From positions 14,574 through 78,573 of the forward strand of contig WTZU01000001.1 of assembly GCA_009889625.1 (NCBI GenBank): DNA of 64,000 nucleotides. The letters run 5' to 3'. A program made the position numbers and the translations under genes. The stretch is from Candidatus Hikarchaeia archaeon HikBin5. GTDB lineage: Archaea; Halobacteriota; Halobacteria; Halobacteriales; Hikarchaeaceae. This document shows, one piece after another, positions 17,963-27,507 of this stretch. The notes under the pieces are model-generated. The model was not told the origin of the DNA and did no database searches. It was given only the letters and a program-made list of their open reading frames with translations. How positions within the stretch are numbered: position 1 is the stretch's first letter; each line of letters starts with the position of its first letter.

Positions 17963-20900
17963 TTAAGAATCTCCCCATCTCTCTTCTCTCCTTTTTCTAT
18001 CTCCTATTGCTTCTACACAGTTATCTTCTCCTTCTGCCCTAATCGCTTCCACGGCAGCCTCTGCACTTTCACATGTCGAAAAATACGTAATTACCTCTTC
18101 CACAGCCATTTCTAATATGTCTTTATCTCTCGAAATTATTATGTCAATTTCCCCATTTTGAATAGATTTTCTTAGATCTTTTTCACCATCGAATTTTCGT
18201 ATCTCGAAAAATTCTTCTAAATTCTCAATTAATTTCTTCCCCCTTTCACTTTTTGCATCTGGAAATCCTGGGTCATCCAGATCTACTATTGCATTACCTG
18301 ATGCGGGAATTGGTTTCCCAATAGCAACTTGTGCCTTTCCATAAGATTTCCCAAATGAATCTGCTGTACTCATGATCTCGCCAGTTGATTTCATTTCGGG
18401 ACCCAGGCGTGGATCTACTCCTGGCAATCGACTAAATGGTAATACGACTTCTTTTACACTTATTTGGTCTGGAATTTGTTCTTTGGCACCTACTTCGTTC
18501 AAAGTTTTACCAGCCATCACCTTCGCAGCAACCTTCGCAATTGGAACTCCTGTTGCTTTTGATACAAACGGCACTGTCCGTGACGCTCTTGGGTTTGCCT
18601 CTAATACATATATTTCCTCATTTTTCACTGCTAGTTGTATATTTAATAATCCTATTATGTTCAAAGCCAAAGCAATTTCCTCGGTTACCCGGCGAACTTC
18701 TTTTAACATACTTTTATCCAAATTTACAGGGGGAATCATGCAAGCAGAATCTCCCGAATGGACTCCTGCAGATTCTACATGTTCCATTATGCCTCCAATA
18801 AATACATTCTCACCATCTGAAACGGCATCAACATCCAATTCGATAGCATTAGAAAGAAATTGATCAATCAATACTGCATTATCTGGGCTCACCCTGACTG
18901 CTTCTTTTAGATATTTTTTGAGCTCAATATCATCCTCTACTATTTGCATGGCTCTTCCCCCCAATACGTAAGAAGGTCGCATCAACACTGGGTATCCTAT
19001 TTCATTTGCAAGTGATATGGCTTCGTCCTCACTAGCTGCTTTCCCCCCCACTGGCTGAAGAATGCCCAATCTCTCCATTAAGTCATTAAATCTATCTCTA
19101 TCTTCTGCTAGATCTATAGATTCAACTGAAGTTCCCATTATCTTGCAATCTAATTTTCTCCTTTCAATTTCCATTTGAAGTGGCCCTGCAATGTTCACTG
19201 AAGTTTGCCCTCCGAACTGCAGCATGACACCCATAGATCCAGTTGCTTCGATGACATCGGCAACCTCTTCTGCTGTAATCGGTTCAAAAAATAATCCGTC
19301 CGAGGTATCGTAATCTGTGGAAACAGTTTCCGGATTATTATTGACTACATGAGTTTCTATCCCTTCTTCTCTTAACGACTGAATTGCATGAACTGCACAA
19401 TAATCAAATTCTACACCTTGTCCAATTCGAATAGGCCCTCCTCCTACTACTACTATGCTGTCTATTTCTTGATCTACTCTTAATTCTCCTGCAGCAGCAT
19501 CCCCTTCATATGGCCCACTAAACCACTCTGGTTTCCTAGAAGAATAGTAATACGGTGTAGTCGCCCTGAACTCTCCTGCGCATGTGTCGACTTGTTTATA
19601 TGTTCTCCCTGGAACGACTTTTTCTATTAGGTCAACATCCCATTTTTTATCTTTAATTTTATTCCATTCTGATTCAATTGGCAACCACGAACTCTGGACA
19701 TCTAAATATTTCCCAGATGCCATGGCTTGGATCTCATGATTCGTAAATCCCATAGTGGCCATTTCAACAATCGGATTTTCTATCTCCAATTTCACAGATT
19801 TACTAATCCTAGCATACCTTTCCACGTACCATTCATGTATCCCTGTCACTTCTGAAACCTTTTCTATTGAATGTCCTCTATAGAGTGCTTCCAGCATAGC
19901 ATAGACTCGGTCAGGAGTTGGCTTTTTCAAATATTTATCAATTAACTCTTCATCATCTACCGTATCCCATTCTATAGCTGGTTTGTACTCACTAGATCTC
20001 AAAGCTTTCATCAATGATTCTTCAAATGTTCTACCAATTGCCATAGTTTCTCCAGTTGATTTCATGGCAGTAGTCAATTCAAAATCTACCTCTGCAAATT
20101 TGTTTTTAGGCCATCGTGGTATCTTGGTAACAATGTAATCTATAGCTGGTTCGAATGCGGCACTAGTTTCTCCTGTAATTTCATTTTTAATTTCGTGTAA
20201 ACATTTACCAAGTGCGACCTTTGCGGTAACTCTCGCTATTGGATATCCCGTTGCCTTAGAAGCCAAAGCAGAAGATCTTGATACCCTAGGGTTAACTTCT
20301 ACAATCCGGTATTCTCCCTCTTCTGTGTTATTATCTCTCCATGCAAATTGAATATTACATCCACCCTGGACTCCTAGTTCTCTAATGATTTCTAAAGCTG
20401 AATTGCGCATGGCTTGATGGGCCACATCTGGTATAACTTGCGAGGGAGTGACCACCATGGATTCTCCAGTGTGTATTCCCATTGGGTCTATATTTTCCAT
20501 ATTGCAAATAATGATGCACGAATCTGATGCATCACGCATAACTTCATATTCCATTTCAATCCATCCCACTAGAGATTCCGTAATCTGGACCTCTGAATTC
20601 CGAGATAATTGCAATCCTCTATGTGCCCATTCAATGAGCGTGTCCATATCTTCAATAATTCCCGATCCACTCCCTCCTAATGTATAGGCAGTTCTCAAAA
20701 TAACTGGGAGTCCTCCTACCTTTTCAACAGCATTTTTAGTCTCTTCTAAAGTTCTAATTTTCTCCGATTTCGGAACTGGCTGTCCTATTTTTTCCATTCT
20801 AGCTCCAAATAGGTCTCTATCTTCTGTAGCATATATGGTATCCAATGGAGTGCCCATAATTTCAACATTATATTTTTCTAACACACCTTTTTCTGCTAAC

Positions 20901-21193
20901 TCTGCTGTGACGTTGAGACCTGTCTGCCCACCCAAACCAGCGATCACACCCTCTGGCCGTTCTTTTCTGATAATTTCCTCGATAATCTCTGCTGTGATTG
21001 GTTCGATGTATACTTTATCTGCCATTTCTGGGTCTGTCATAATAGTTGCAGGATTTGAGTTCACCAGAACCACTCTTACTCCTTCTTCCGCTAGTGCACG
21101 ACACGCTTGGGCACCTGAATAATCAAACTCTGCAGCTTGACCTATTTGGATTGGCCCACTACCTATTAGGAGGACAGTTTTTCCTTTTTTCAT
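17963..21193 (-). CDS. carB: Carbamoyl-phosphate synthase large subunit
   Basis: Homology begins at MKKGKTVLLIGSGPIQIGQAAEFDYSG. The second ATP-grasp half starts at VVVGGGPIRIGQGVEFDYC. The 25 codons upstream of 21193 in the ORF track look like an extension. Confidence 0.95.
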   Translation of the reverse strand: MKKGKTVLLIGSGPIQIGQAAEFDYSGAQACRALAEEGVRVVLVNSNPATIMTDPEMADKVYIEPITAEIIEEIIRKERPEGVIAGLGGQTGLNVTAELAEKGVLEKYNVEIMGTPLDTIYATEDRDLFGARMEKIGQPVPKSEKIRTLEETKNAVEKVGGLPVILRTAYTLGGSGSGIIEDMDTLIEWAHRGLQLSRNSEVQITESLVGWIEMEYEVMRDASDSCIIICNMENIDPMGIHTGESMVVTPSQVIPDVAHQAMRNSALEIIRELGVQGGCNIQFAWRDNNTEEGEYRIVEVNPRVSRSSALASKATGYPIARVTAKVALGKCLHEIKNEITGETSAAFEPAIDYIVTKIPRWPKNKFAEVDFELTTAMKSTGETMAIGRTFEESLMKALRSSEYKPAIEWDTVDDEELIDKYLKKPTPDRVYAMLEALYRGHSIEKVSEVTGIHEWYVERYARISKSVKLEIENPIVEMATMGFTNHEIQAMASGKYLDVQSSWLPIESEWNKIKDKKWDVDLIEKVVPGRTYKQVDTCAGEFRATTPYYYSSRKPEWFSGPYEGDAAAGELRVDQEIDSIVVVGGGPIRIGQGVEFDYCAVHAIQSLREEGIETHVVNNNPETVSTDYDTSDGLFFEPITAEEVADVIEATGSMGVMLQFGGQTSVNIAGPLQMEIERRKLDCKIMGTSVESIDLAEDRDRFNDLMERLGILQPVGGKAASEDEAISLANEIGYPVLMRPSYVLGGRAMQIVEDDIELKKYLKEAVRVSPDNAVLIDQFLSNAIELDVDAVSDGENVFIGGIMEHVESAGVHSGDSACMIPPVNLDKSMLKEVRRVTEEIALALNIIGLLNIQLAVKNEEIYVLEANPRASRTVPFVSKATGVPIAKVAAKVMAGKTLNEVGAKEQIPDQISVKEVVLPFSRLPGVDPRLGPEMKSTGEIMSTADSFGKSYGKAQVAIGKPIPASGNAIVDLDDPGFPDAKSERGKKLIENLEEFFEIRKFDGEKDLRKSIQNGEIDIIISRDKDILEMAVEEVITYFSTCESAEAAVEAIRAEGEDNCVEAIGDRKRREERWGDS

Positions 21194-21254
21194 TTTCTCT
21201 GACCGATTTGTGGTCCAGACCACTAATAAGGTCGACGATATTGAGAGGAATACT

Positions 21255-21779
21255 TCATATCCCTTCAATTTGCCCTTCAGAATAGTCTTCTGGGTTCAAA
21301 TCTCTCGTTTCTCGGTATTCTTTTACAAATTCTTTAATATCAAATTGCAACATTTGTTTTTCAAATTCGGCTATTGCATTTTTATCACCCGAGTGACTCA
21401 TGCCATGTTCCATCATTTCTATTATTAGTTCTATTATTATTTCATGCAGTCTCCATGCATCAAAATCAAAAATCCAGAGCATGGAATAGCCGAGATACCC
21501 ATCTTCACTAGCATCAAAAAAAACTGTTTCTTCTGGAAAATCTTCCATCACCAATCCCATCAAATGAACCATCCCAAATCCTCCCCATTTATCCGAATCT
21601 CTCACTTCTATTAACTCTTCTAGCGACACCACGAGGAATTCTGGTAAAAACCGAGTCAAAGGATTGATATCTGTTACTATTGCATGAGTCTTTCCACATT
21701 CACATTTCAATTCTCTCATTCCCAGATCAATTCTGTGTGAATCAATAGATGTCCCACAAGGAAGTAATATAAGATTCAT
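21255..21779 (-). CDS. Conserved hypothetical protein (haloarchaeal-type, Cys-containing N-terminus)
   Basis: 174 aa. Contains PCGTSIDSHRIDLGMRELKCECGKTHAIV and HLMGLVMEDFPEE...LHEIIIELIIEMMEHGMSH. I recall this pattern from uncharacterised haloarchaeal proteins, but have not verified it. Confidence 0.6.
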   Translation of the reverse strand: MNLILLPCGTSIDSHRIDLGMRELKCECGKTHAIVTDINPLTRFLPEFLVVSLEELIEVRDSDKWGGFGMVHLMGLVMEDFPEETVFFDASEDGYLGYSMLWIFDFDAWRLHEIIIELIIEMMEHGMSHSGDKNAIAEFEKQMLQFDIKEFVKEYRETRDLNPEDYSEGQIEGI

Positions 21780-21790
21780 ATTTTATCTTT

Positions 21791-22207
21791 TCATGGCCAA
21801 TTTTCACGAATATCTTCTTCAATTTCTATCTGATTTTCTTCTCGATTTTCTCCAAGTTTCCATCCCGCTTTCTCAGCTGCATCTGAAATATGTAGATATT
21901 CCCACCCCGTTTCTTCTGCCATTTTTTTATCTATCTCTTCCGTACCCACCAACACATGTCGATCCGTATCAAAGTGATGTTTGACACTTTTTAAACTCTC
22001 AAATTTACCTTTTGGCCCTGAAAAGAAATCCTGCCTAATTCTTTTTTTCCTTGTATAGTTGGTCACCACATACGTCGGTTCATCCGTGATGACTCCTACA
22101 TACTTGCTCCACGCACGTGAACCTTCGAATACATCCTTAGGAAATTCTAGCTCCTTTAATGCTGATAGTTCAAATGCAAGAGTCATCGTACCTTGAGATT
22201 CGCTCAT
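21791..22207 (-). CDS. Conserved hypothetical protein (138 aa)
   Basis: Clean ORF 11 nt upstream of the next gene on the same strand. RHVLVGTEEIDKKMAEETGWEY is faintly like the C-terminus of a HAD protein. No firm assignment. Confidence 0.55.
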   Translation of the reverse strand: MSESQGTMTLAFELSALKELEFPKDVFEGSRAWSKYVGVITDEPTYVVTNYTRKKRIRQDFFSGPKGKFESLKSVKHHFDTDRHVLVGTEEIDKKMAEETGWEYLHISDAAEKAGWKLGENREENQIEIEEDIRENWP

Positions 22208-22254
22208 ATTCCTATTTGAACAATTAGACGAAAAACATCTTCGATCTAGCTCGA

Positions 22255-23490
22255 CTACACCTGGTCATTTGATATTTTCTCCAATTCGATTTTTTTATCT
22301 AATATAAATGCACTTTGATTAACATTTTCTAACCGATCCATTATTATTTTTTTATATCTACTCTGGGAAGAAACATCCCCGATTAATACTCCTCCAATGA
22401 GTCTCCCCCGTTTAAATGCTAAACGGCGCCATTCATTCTCACTATATGTTTTTTCCATATATTTGTCTCCTCTCGTAGGGTGTCCAAATGAAATCATGGG
22501 ATATTCAAAATGAGTCACGGAATATGATGGGACCCATTCAAATTTTTTACAATTACTTCCATTAACCATATTTTCTCCCGCAACCATCCCTTGCTTTTTC
22601 GCACTTCCCCAAGATCCATTCTGCATCTCTTCCCCAACGATAACGTCATGATATCTTGTAATATCTCCTGCTGCATATATCCCCTCAACGCCCGTAAACA
22701 TATGTTCATCAACGACTATCCCATCTTTGCACTCTACAACAGTATCCTGTAATATTTCTGTATTGTAGTCTAAACCAACGGCAACCCCCACAAAATCTGC
22801 CTCGTACCTCTCCCCTTCTGTTGTTACTACTGCACTAACCTCTCCATTTTCCTCCTCAAAACATTCAATGTCTTTGTCAAATACTGGACTCACATTAGTC
22901 CTTTCCAACGATCGATGAATTATCTTGCTACCTTCTCTTGAAAGCGCACCCCTCCACCACCTATCTCCTCTCATAATATATTTTGCATTGACCCCTTGGG
23001 CTCCACATATTGCTGCTAAATCAATTCCCAACAGACCCGCACCAATTACGATGCCAGAATTAGCTTTTTCCGCATGATTTCTAATTTCAATCGTATCTTT
23101 CATAGTCCAAAAATGATGTATTCCCTTGGCACCACTATTTGGGACATCCATCTCCCTTGGGGTGCCCCCCGTCGCAATTAGCAGTTGGTCATATCTTTGC
23201 TCTTCTTTACTGTGCAATTTTATAATCTTATCCTCTGCATCAACCCCTATTACTTGGGTAGATAGCCTGAGCTCTATCTCTCGATCCTGATACCAATCTT
23301 CATCACGTATTTCCATGGAATTCTGATTTAATTTTCCCTTTGCAAACTCTTTCAATAATATTCTATTATACAGTGGCTTTCCCTCTTCTGTACATATTAT
23401 AATATCCGAATCAGGGTCTCGCTCTCGAATAGTGGCAGCAGCTGAATCACCTGCAACCCCATTCCCTATAATACAATAAATTTTTGACAT
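22255..23490 (-). CDS. FAD/NAD(P)-dependent pyridine nucleotide-disulfide oxidoreductase family protein (ferredoxin/rubredoxin-reductase-like)
   Basis: 411 aa. Has two dinucleotide folds (IIGNGVAGDSAA and VIGAGLLGIDLA) and the GIYAAGD motif. Confidence 0.8.
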   Translation of the reverse strand: MSKIYCIIGNGVAGDSAAATIRERDPDSDIIICTEEGKPLYNRILLKEFAKGKLNQNSMEIRDEDWYQDREIELRLSTQVIGVDAEDKIIKLHSKEEQRYDQLLIATGGTPREMDVPNSGAKGIHHFWTMKDTIEIRNHAEKANSGIVIGAGLLGIDLAAICGAQGVNAKYIMRGDRWWRGALSREGSKIIHRSLERTNVSPVFDKDIECFEEENGEVSAVVTTEGERYEADFVGVAVGLDYNTEILQDTVVECKDGIVVDEHMFTGVEGIYAAGDITRYHDVIVGEEMQNGSWGSAKKQGMVAGENMVNGSNCKKFEWVPSYSVTHFEYPMISFGHPTRGDKYMEKTYSENEWRRLAFKRGRLIGGVLIGDVSSQSRYKKIIMDRLENVNQSAFILDKKIELEKISNDQV

Positions 23491-24825
23491 TTATCTCACT
23501 TCGCTCATTTTTTCATTAATTAAAATGGCACATGCCAAACCTGCCTCTATCGCACCATTTAAACTTCTCTCTGGATACTGGGATTTACTAGCCATTCCTG
23601 CATAGTATACGCCATTGCCCACTTTTTCTGAAATGTCGTATGGGATAATTTTATCTAAATATCCCCTCTCGTATATTGGGGCAGTCAGTTGATTCCTTGC
23701 GACTTTGAACCAATTAATTTTTGTCCCATCAAATCCCGGAATCATCTCTTCAATTCCCTCTATCCAATATTTCTCAATCTCTTCATCTGACATCTTCCAT
23801 ACTTTATCTTCAAAATCCTGTATGTAACTCACCATGTAGGTCAAATGCTCCCCTCCATACTTTTCCGGTTGTATAAAGTTCGTATGTTCTATAAGGGCAC
23901 CGAATCTGGATTCGTCTGCTATATTCAACCAATACGTATCTGTTAATCTTTCAGGGTAGCTCATGAGGGCGCAGATGGCACCTTGAAATCGAATAGGGCA
24001 TTTATACCCTGTAAGCTTCTGCAGAACACTAGGCATTGTGGCCACAACCACAGAATCTACATCTTGTTTCATCTTCCCATCTCCAGTTCTAATTAATATG
24101 GATTTCACTTCTCCACCTTCTACAATTATCTCTTCTACAATCGCCCCTGTAATTATATTCTCTTGGCCAATTTCTTCAATGAGTGCATCAACTAGTTCTA
24201 TAAACCCTCCTCTTATATATCCTAAAATTTCCCCTCTGAAAATATTTCTTTGACCTCTGAATTTTATTCTTCCTAATAACCACGCGGCACTAATTTCATT
24301 TTTATATTTACCAAATTTAGCTTCCAATAATGGTGTGATAAATTTATCAAATATGTTATCTGTGGTATGCCCTCGAACAAAATCTTCCACCGGAATGTGT
24401 TCGAAATCTTCTAAATTATCATAGGCACCAAATCTAGGTATGATTCTCCTTACATCCAATCCCAATGTTAAGCACGTTAGGCGTATCTTATCATACACCG
24501 TCAAATGAGGATATCTTAAAATTTCCAATGGGGTGTCTAGTGGAAAAATTTCTCCTTCTACATAATATGAATTTTTTCCAATTATCCATTCCACTTTTTT
24601 TCCTATTCCAATTCTCTCTGCCAATTCTATTATAGTTTCCTCCGATTTCGATAGATGGTGGTAAAACTTTTCAATTGGATCGCCTTGAGTCTCATAAGAG
24701 GTAGCTAAACCCCCCATTTCATCTGCTCCTTCAAATATTTTGACTTCATATCCTTCTTGCTGCAGGTAATAAGCAGCAGAAAGCCCTGCAATTCCCCCTC
24801 CTATGATCCCAATCATTAGTTCCAT
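23491..24825 (-). CDS. FAD-dependent oxidoreductase of the amine-oxidase / phytoene-desaturase / PPOX-like superfamily
   Basis: 444 aa. N-terminus is IGIIGGGIAGLSAAYYLQQEGYEVKIFEGADEMGGL. Its stop codon directly abuts the ATG of the next gene (TAAATG). Confidence 0.75.
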   Translation of the reverse strand: MELMIGIIGGGIAGLSAAYYLQQEGYEVKIFEGADEMGGLATSYETQGDPIEKFYHHLSKSEETIIELAERIGIGKKVEWIIGKNSYYVEGEIFPLDTPLEILRYPHLTVYDKIRLTCLTLGLDVRRIIPRFGAYDNLEDFEHIPVEDFVRGHTTDNIFDKFITPLLEAKFGKYKNEISAAWLLGRIKFRGQRNIFRGEILGYIRGGFIELVDALIEEIGQENIITGAIVEEIIVEGGEVKSILIRTGDGKMKQDVDSVVVATMPSVLQKLTGYKCPIRFQGAICALMSYPERLTDTYWLNIADESRFGALIEHTNFIQPEKYGGEHLTYMVSYIQDFEDKVWKMSDEEIEKYWIEGIEEMIPGFDGTKINWFKVARNQLTAPIYERGYLDKIIPYDISEKVGNGVYYAGMASKSQYPERSLNGAIEAGLACAILINEKMSEVR

Positions 24826-24878
24826 TTAGCTTTACAACCGAATGAACTTTCTTGAATTGTACCAGTCACAGCGGTAAG

Positions 24879-24887
24879 CTTTTTATG
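24879..24887 (+). promoter_or_regulatory. TATA-like box upstream of thrB (implies a leaderless or near-leaderless mRNA)
   Basis: CTTTTTATG is centred about 26 nt upstream of the ATG at 24909. No Shine-Dalgarno-like sequence lies in between. Confidence 0.35.
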
Positions 24888-24908
24888 CCCCTAGTAAAAA
24901 GAGTTACA

Positions 24909-25787
24909 ATGGTTACTGTTCGGGCCCCTGCTACTGTGGCAAATCTTGGCAGCGGATTCGATGTTTTTGGAATTGCACTCCGTCAACCTGCAGACATAAT
25001 TCATGTTGAAAAAGCCGAGGAAACAACAATTCAGGTAAATGGGATTGGAAGTAATTATATTCCAACTTCTCCGAAAAAGAATACTGCAGGGGTAGTTGCA
25101 GAAGAACTAGATGCGCCAGCAACGATTACAATTAATAAAGGTATCCGGCCATCTTCTGGACTTGGCTCATCGGCAGCTAGTGCAGCAGGAACTGCTCTCG
25201 CATTAAACGCTTTATATGGACAAGAACTTTCTAGGGAAGAACTTGTATGGATTGCCGCTAAAGGTGAATCGGCTGCATCTGGGGAGCCCCATGCAGATAA
25301 CGTCGCACCATCACTTCTTGGTGGATTTACTATCGCCACTCCTGATGGTATTACCACTATCGATGCCCATCTTGACATCGTAGTGTGCCTTCCCGAAATC
25401 ACAGTTTCCACTCGAAATGCTAGAGAAATGCTGCCTAAGTCAGTTGATCTTCATTCCCATGTTCAAACAGTTGGAAATGCAGCAACACTGACCGCAGGTA
25501 TGACTCAAAATAATCCTGAATTAGTTGGCCGCGGACTCTCTGATTCTGTTGTGACTCCTACTAGGACCAATCTCATATCTGGATATGAATCAGTTCATCA
25601 AGCAGCCATGGACGCAGGAGCTACTGGCGTCACGATTGGAGGTTCTGGCCCTACTATGCTAGCTATTCCCAAAAAAGGCAAAAGTCGAGAAGTTGCATCT
25701 GCAATGGTGAGTGCATTCCTCGAACAAGGCGTCAATTCCCGTGCATATCAAACTAATATCGGCCCTGGAGCTGAATTATATCTATAA
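24909..25787 (+). CDS. thrB: Homoserine kinase
   Basis: Contains MVTVRAPATVANLGSGFDVFG and the GHMP motif PSSGLGSSAASAAG. The ORF-track start at 24852 is probably an extension. Confidence 0.9.
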   Translation: MVTVRAPATVANLGSGFDVFGIALRQPADIIHVEKAEETTIQVNGIGSNYIPTSPKKNTAGVVAEELDAPATITINKGIRPSSGLGSSAASAAGTALALNALYGQELSREELVWIAAKGESAASGEPHADNVAPSLLGGFTIATPDGITTIDAHLDIVVCLPEITVSTRNAREMLPKSVDLHSHVQTVGNAATLTAGMTQNNPELVGRGLSDSVVTPTRTNLISGYESVHQAAMDAGATGVTIGGSGPTMLAIPKKGKSREVASAMVSAFLEQGVNSRAYQTNIGPGAELYL

Positions 25788-25804
25788 CGCCAATCAATTT
25801 ATAT

Positions 25805-26707
25805 TCAAATACCTCTTCCCTGCAATTTTTTGCTTTCTGGCAGATCTACATTCGCCTCTCCTTTCATTCCCTTTCCAATTCCAGTTGAGATTTTTGCTAG
25901 TTCATCTCGTTTATCCCAATTATTCACCGCTTCGACAATTGCATTTGCCATTTTAACTGGATCTTCCGCACCAAATATTCCTGAACCCACAAATATCCCG
26001 TCACAACCATGGTACATCATCAACGCCGAATCTGCAGGAGTAGCAATGCCTCCTGCTGCAAAATTTACCACTGGCAAACGGCCCATTTTCGCCGTCTCTT
26101 CGACCAATTCTACTGGTGCTCCTATTTTTCTAGCATAGGCTTCCCATTCTTCATGTGCAGCATTTCCTAGCTTGTTAATCTCGCTTGTAATGGCACGTTG
26201 GTGTTTTACTGCTTGATTAACATCACCCGTCCCGGCTTCTCCTTTTGTTCTTATCATGGCTGCTCCTTCATTTATGCGTCTCAATGCTTCACCAAGATCT
26301 CTAGCACCGCATACAAATGGGGTAGTAAAATCTCTTTTATCAATGTGATATTCACTGTCTGCAGGAGTAAGTACTTCTGATTCATCAATCATATCTACTC
26401 CTATTGCCTCCAAAATCTGAGCTTCTGTAGTATGGCCTATTCTGGCCTTTCCCATAACTGGTATTGAAACTTCATCTATTATCGACTTAATAATTTTTGG
26501 ATCTGCCATTCTAGCCACTCCTCCTTGTTTTCTGATATCAGATGGAACTGCTTCTAGTGCCATTACTGCTACTGCACCCGCATCTTCTGCTATTCTAGCT
26601 TGATCCGGATTTACAACATCCATTATCACTCCTCCCTTTTGCATACTAGCAAAACCACGTTTTACAAGCTCTGTTCCCTTCCTCAACTTCTCTAATTCAA
26701 TAGGCAT
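25805..26707 (-). CDS. pdxS: Pyridoxal 5'-phosphate synthase subunit PdxS
   Basis: Contains [38 protein letters not shown] and [20 protein letters not shown]. The probable start is MPIELEKL. Confidence 0.93.
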   Translation of the reverse strand: MPIELEKLRKGTELVKRGFASMQKGGVIMDVVNPDQARIAEDAGAVAVMALEAVPSDIRKQGGVARMADPKIIKSIIDEVSIPVMGKARIGHTTEAQILEAIGVDMIDESEVLTPADSEYHIDKRDFTTPFVCGARDLGEALRRINEGAAMIRTKGEAGTGDVNQAVKHQRAITSEINKLGNAAHEEWEAYARKIGAPVELVEETAKMGRLPVVNFAAGGIATPADSALMMYHGCDGIFVGSGIFGAEDPVKMANAIVEAVNNWDKRDELAKISTGIGKGMKGEANVDLPESKKLQGRGI

Positions 26708-26841
26708 TCCCATAAACTTCAATGGGCGGCGACACAATTATATCCGTTGTTATAGGCAATTCCAGAACCCAAATATATTTGCTACCATCCATCCTGTTAC
26801 TTCTCATTGAAAGCAATTCAAATATAATAAAAACTCATGTC

Positions 26842-27507
26842 ATGAATTCTCATCCTTCTACTAATCCAAATGCCTGGTCTCCTCTTCCCCCTCCACTTGA
26901 AGAGTTTGCTTTTAGAATTGTTTTTCCAATTATATTCATAAATTTGATCGGAACTGCCTTTGGGTTTTGGTACTACCTGCCCCAACTTTCAACGGAACCC
27001 TATATAATGTGGCCCTTTGTACCAGATAGCCCCATGGCAACTCTCTTTTTTGCATTAAGTTTGGGACTTTGGAAAATGGGTAAGAATTCAATTTGGATTT
27101 CTTCTATAGCCTTTATCGGGTGTATTAAACTCGGTCTGTGGACTCCCTATGTTTTATTAATATTCTTTTCTGACTTCTCTTATTTACACCCGCTAATGTA
27201 TCATTTCCTTTTTTGGAGCCATCTCGCCATGGTGCTACAGGCATTTTTAATTTTTAGATATACATCGTTCACACTTGCATCCATATTAGTAGGATTCTCC
27301 TGGCACATTTTCAATGATGTAGTTGACTATTTTATTCCCATATTTGGATCTCCTCATCATACGTGGCTACCCTCCGAAATAGTGGGAGGTGCAATTTCAC
27401 ACACGGTCCCTGCCCACGATCTAGCAGCAATTGGGGCAATAATTTTAACTTTTATATCCCTTGCCCTTTTGATAGTCTCATTTTTTATAACTTCTACAAA
27501 ATCATAG
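26842..27507 (+). CDS. DUF1405-family integral membrane protein
   Basis: Multi-pass membrane protein. INLIGTAFGFWYY and FVPDSPMATLFF are as I recall for DUF1405. Start chosen at MNSHPST. Its 3' end overlaps the convergent neighbour by 6 nt. Confidence 0.6.
   Translation: MNSHPSTNPNAWSPLPPPLEEFAFRIVFPIIFINLIGTAFGFWYYLPQLSTEPYIMWPFVPDSPMATLFFALSLGLWKMGKNSIWISSIAFIGCIKLGLWTPYVLLIFFSDFSYLHPLMYHFLFWSHLAMVLQAFLIFRYTSFTLASILVGFSWHIFNDVVDYFIPIFGSPHHTWLPSEIVGGAISHTVPAHDLAAIGAIILTFISLALLIVSFFITSTKS

Noticed and set aside
18372-18863. 163-aa and 121-aa plus-strand ORFs inside carB. Similar cases are 20448-20687, 20835-21122 and 21046-21285.
   Set aside because: They lie antisense to a very well supported carB reading frame. 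Their composition is Ser/Pro/Thr/Ile-rich and low in complexity, as is typical of shadow ORFs, and they show no motifs.
20148-20156. T-loop-like GGTTCGAAT, checked as a possible tRNA. I also scanned all intergenic gaps over 100 nt for GC-rich cloverleaf-like segments.
   Set aside because: The motif is inside carB with no flanking acceptor or anticodon stems. None of the intergenic gaps shows tRNA-like GC-rich stems. By-eye scanning is not exhaustive, so tRNAscan-type software should confirm this.
21194-21268. N-terminal extensions offered by the ORF track for carB (to 21268), carA (from 16007), pdxS (to 26737), thrB (from 24852), the cupredoxin (from 17209) and DUF1405 (from 26722).
   Set aside because: Family homology begins at the internal ATGs. 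The extensions overlap neighbouring genes or promoter regions and translate to non-conserved, hydrophobic or odd sequence.
25805-26707. pdxS without an adjacent pdxT glutaminase, considered as an anomaly.
   Set aside because: pdxS and pdxT are frequently unlinked in archaea, so absence from this window says nothing about the genome.
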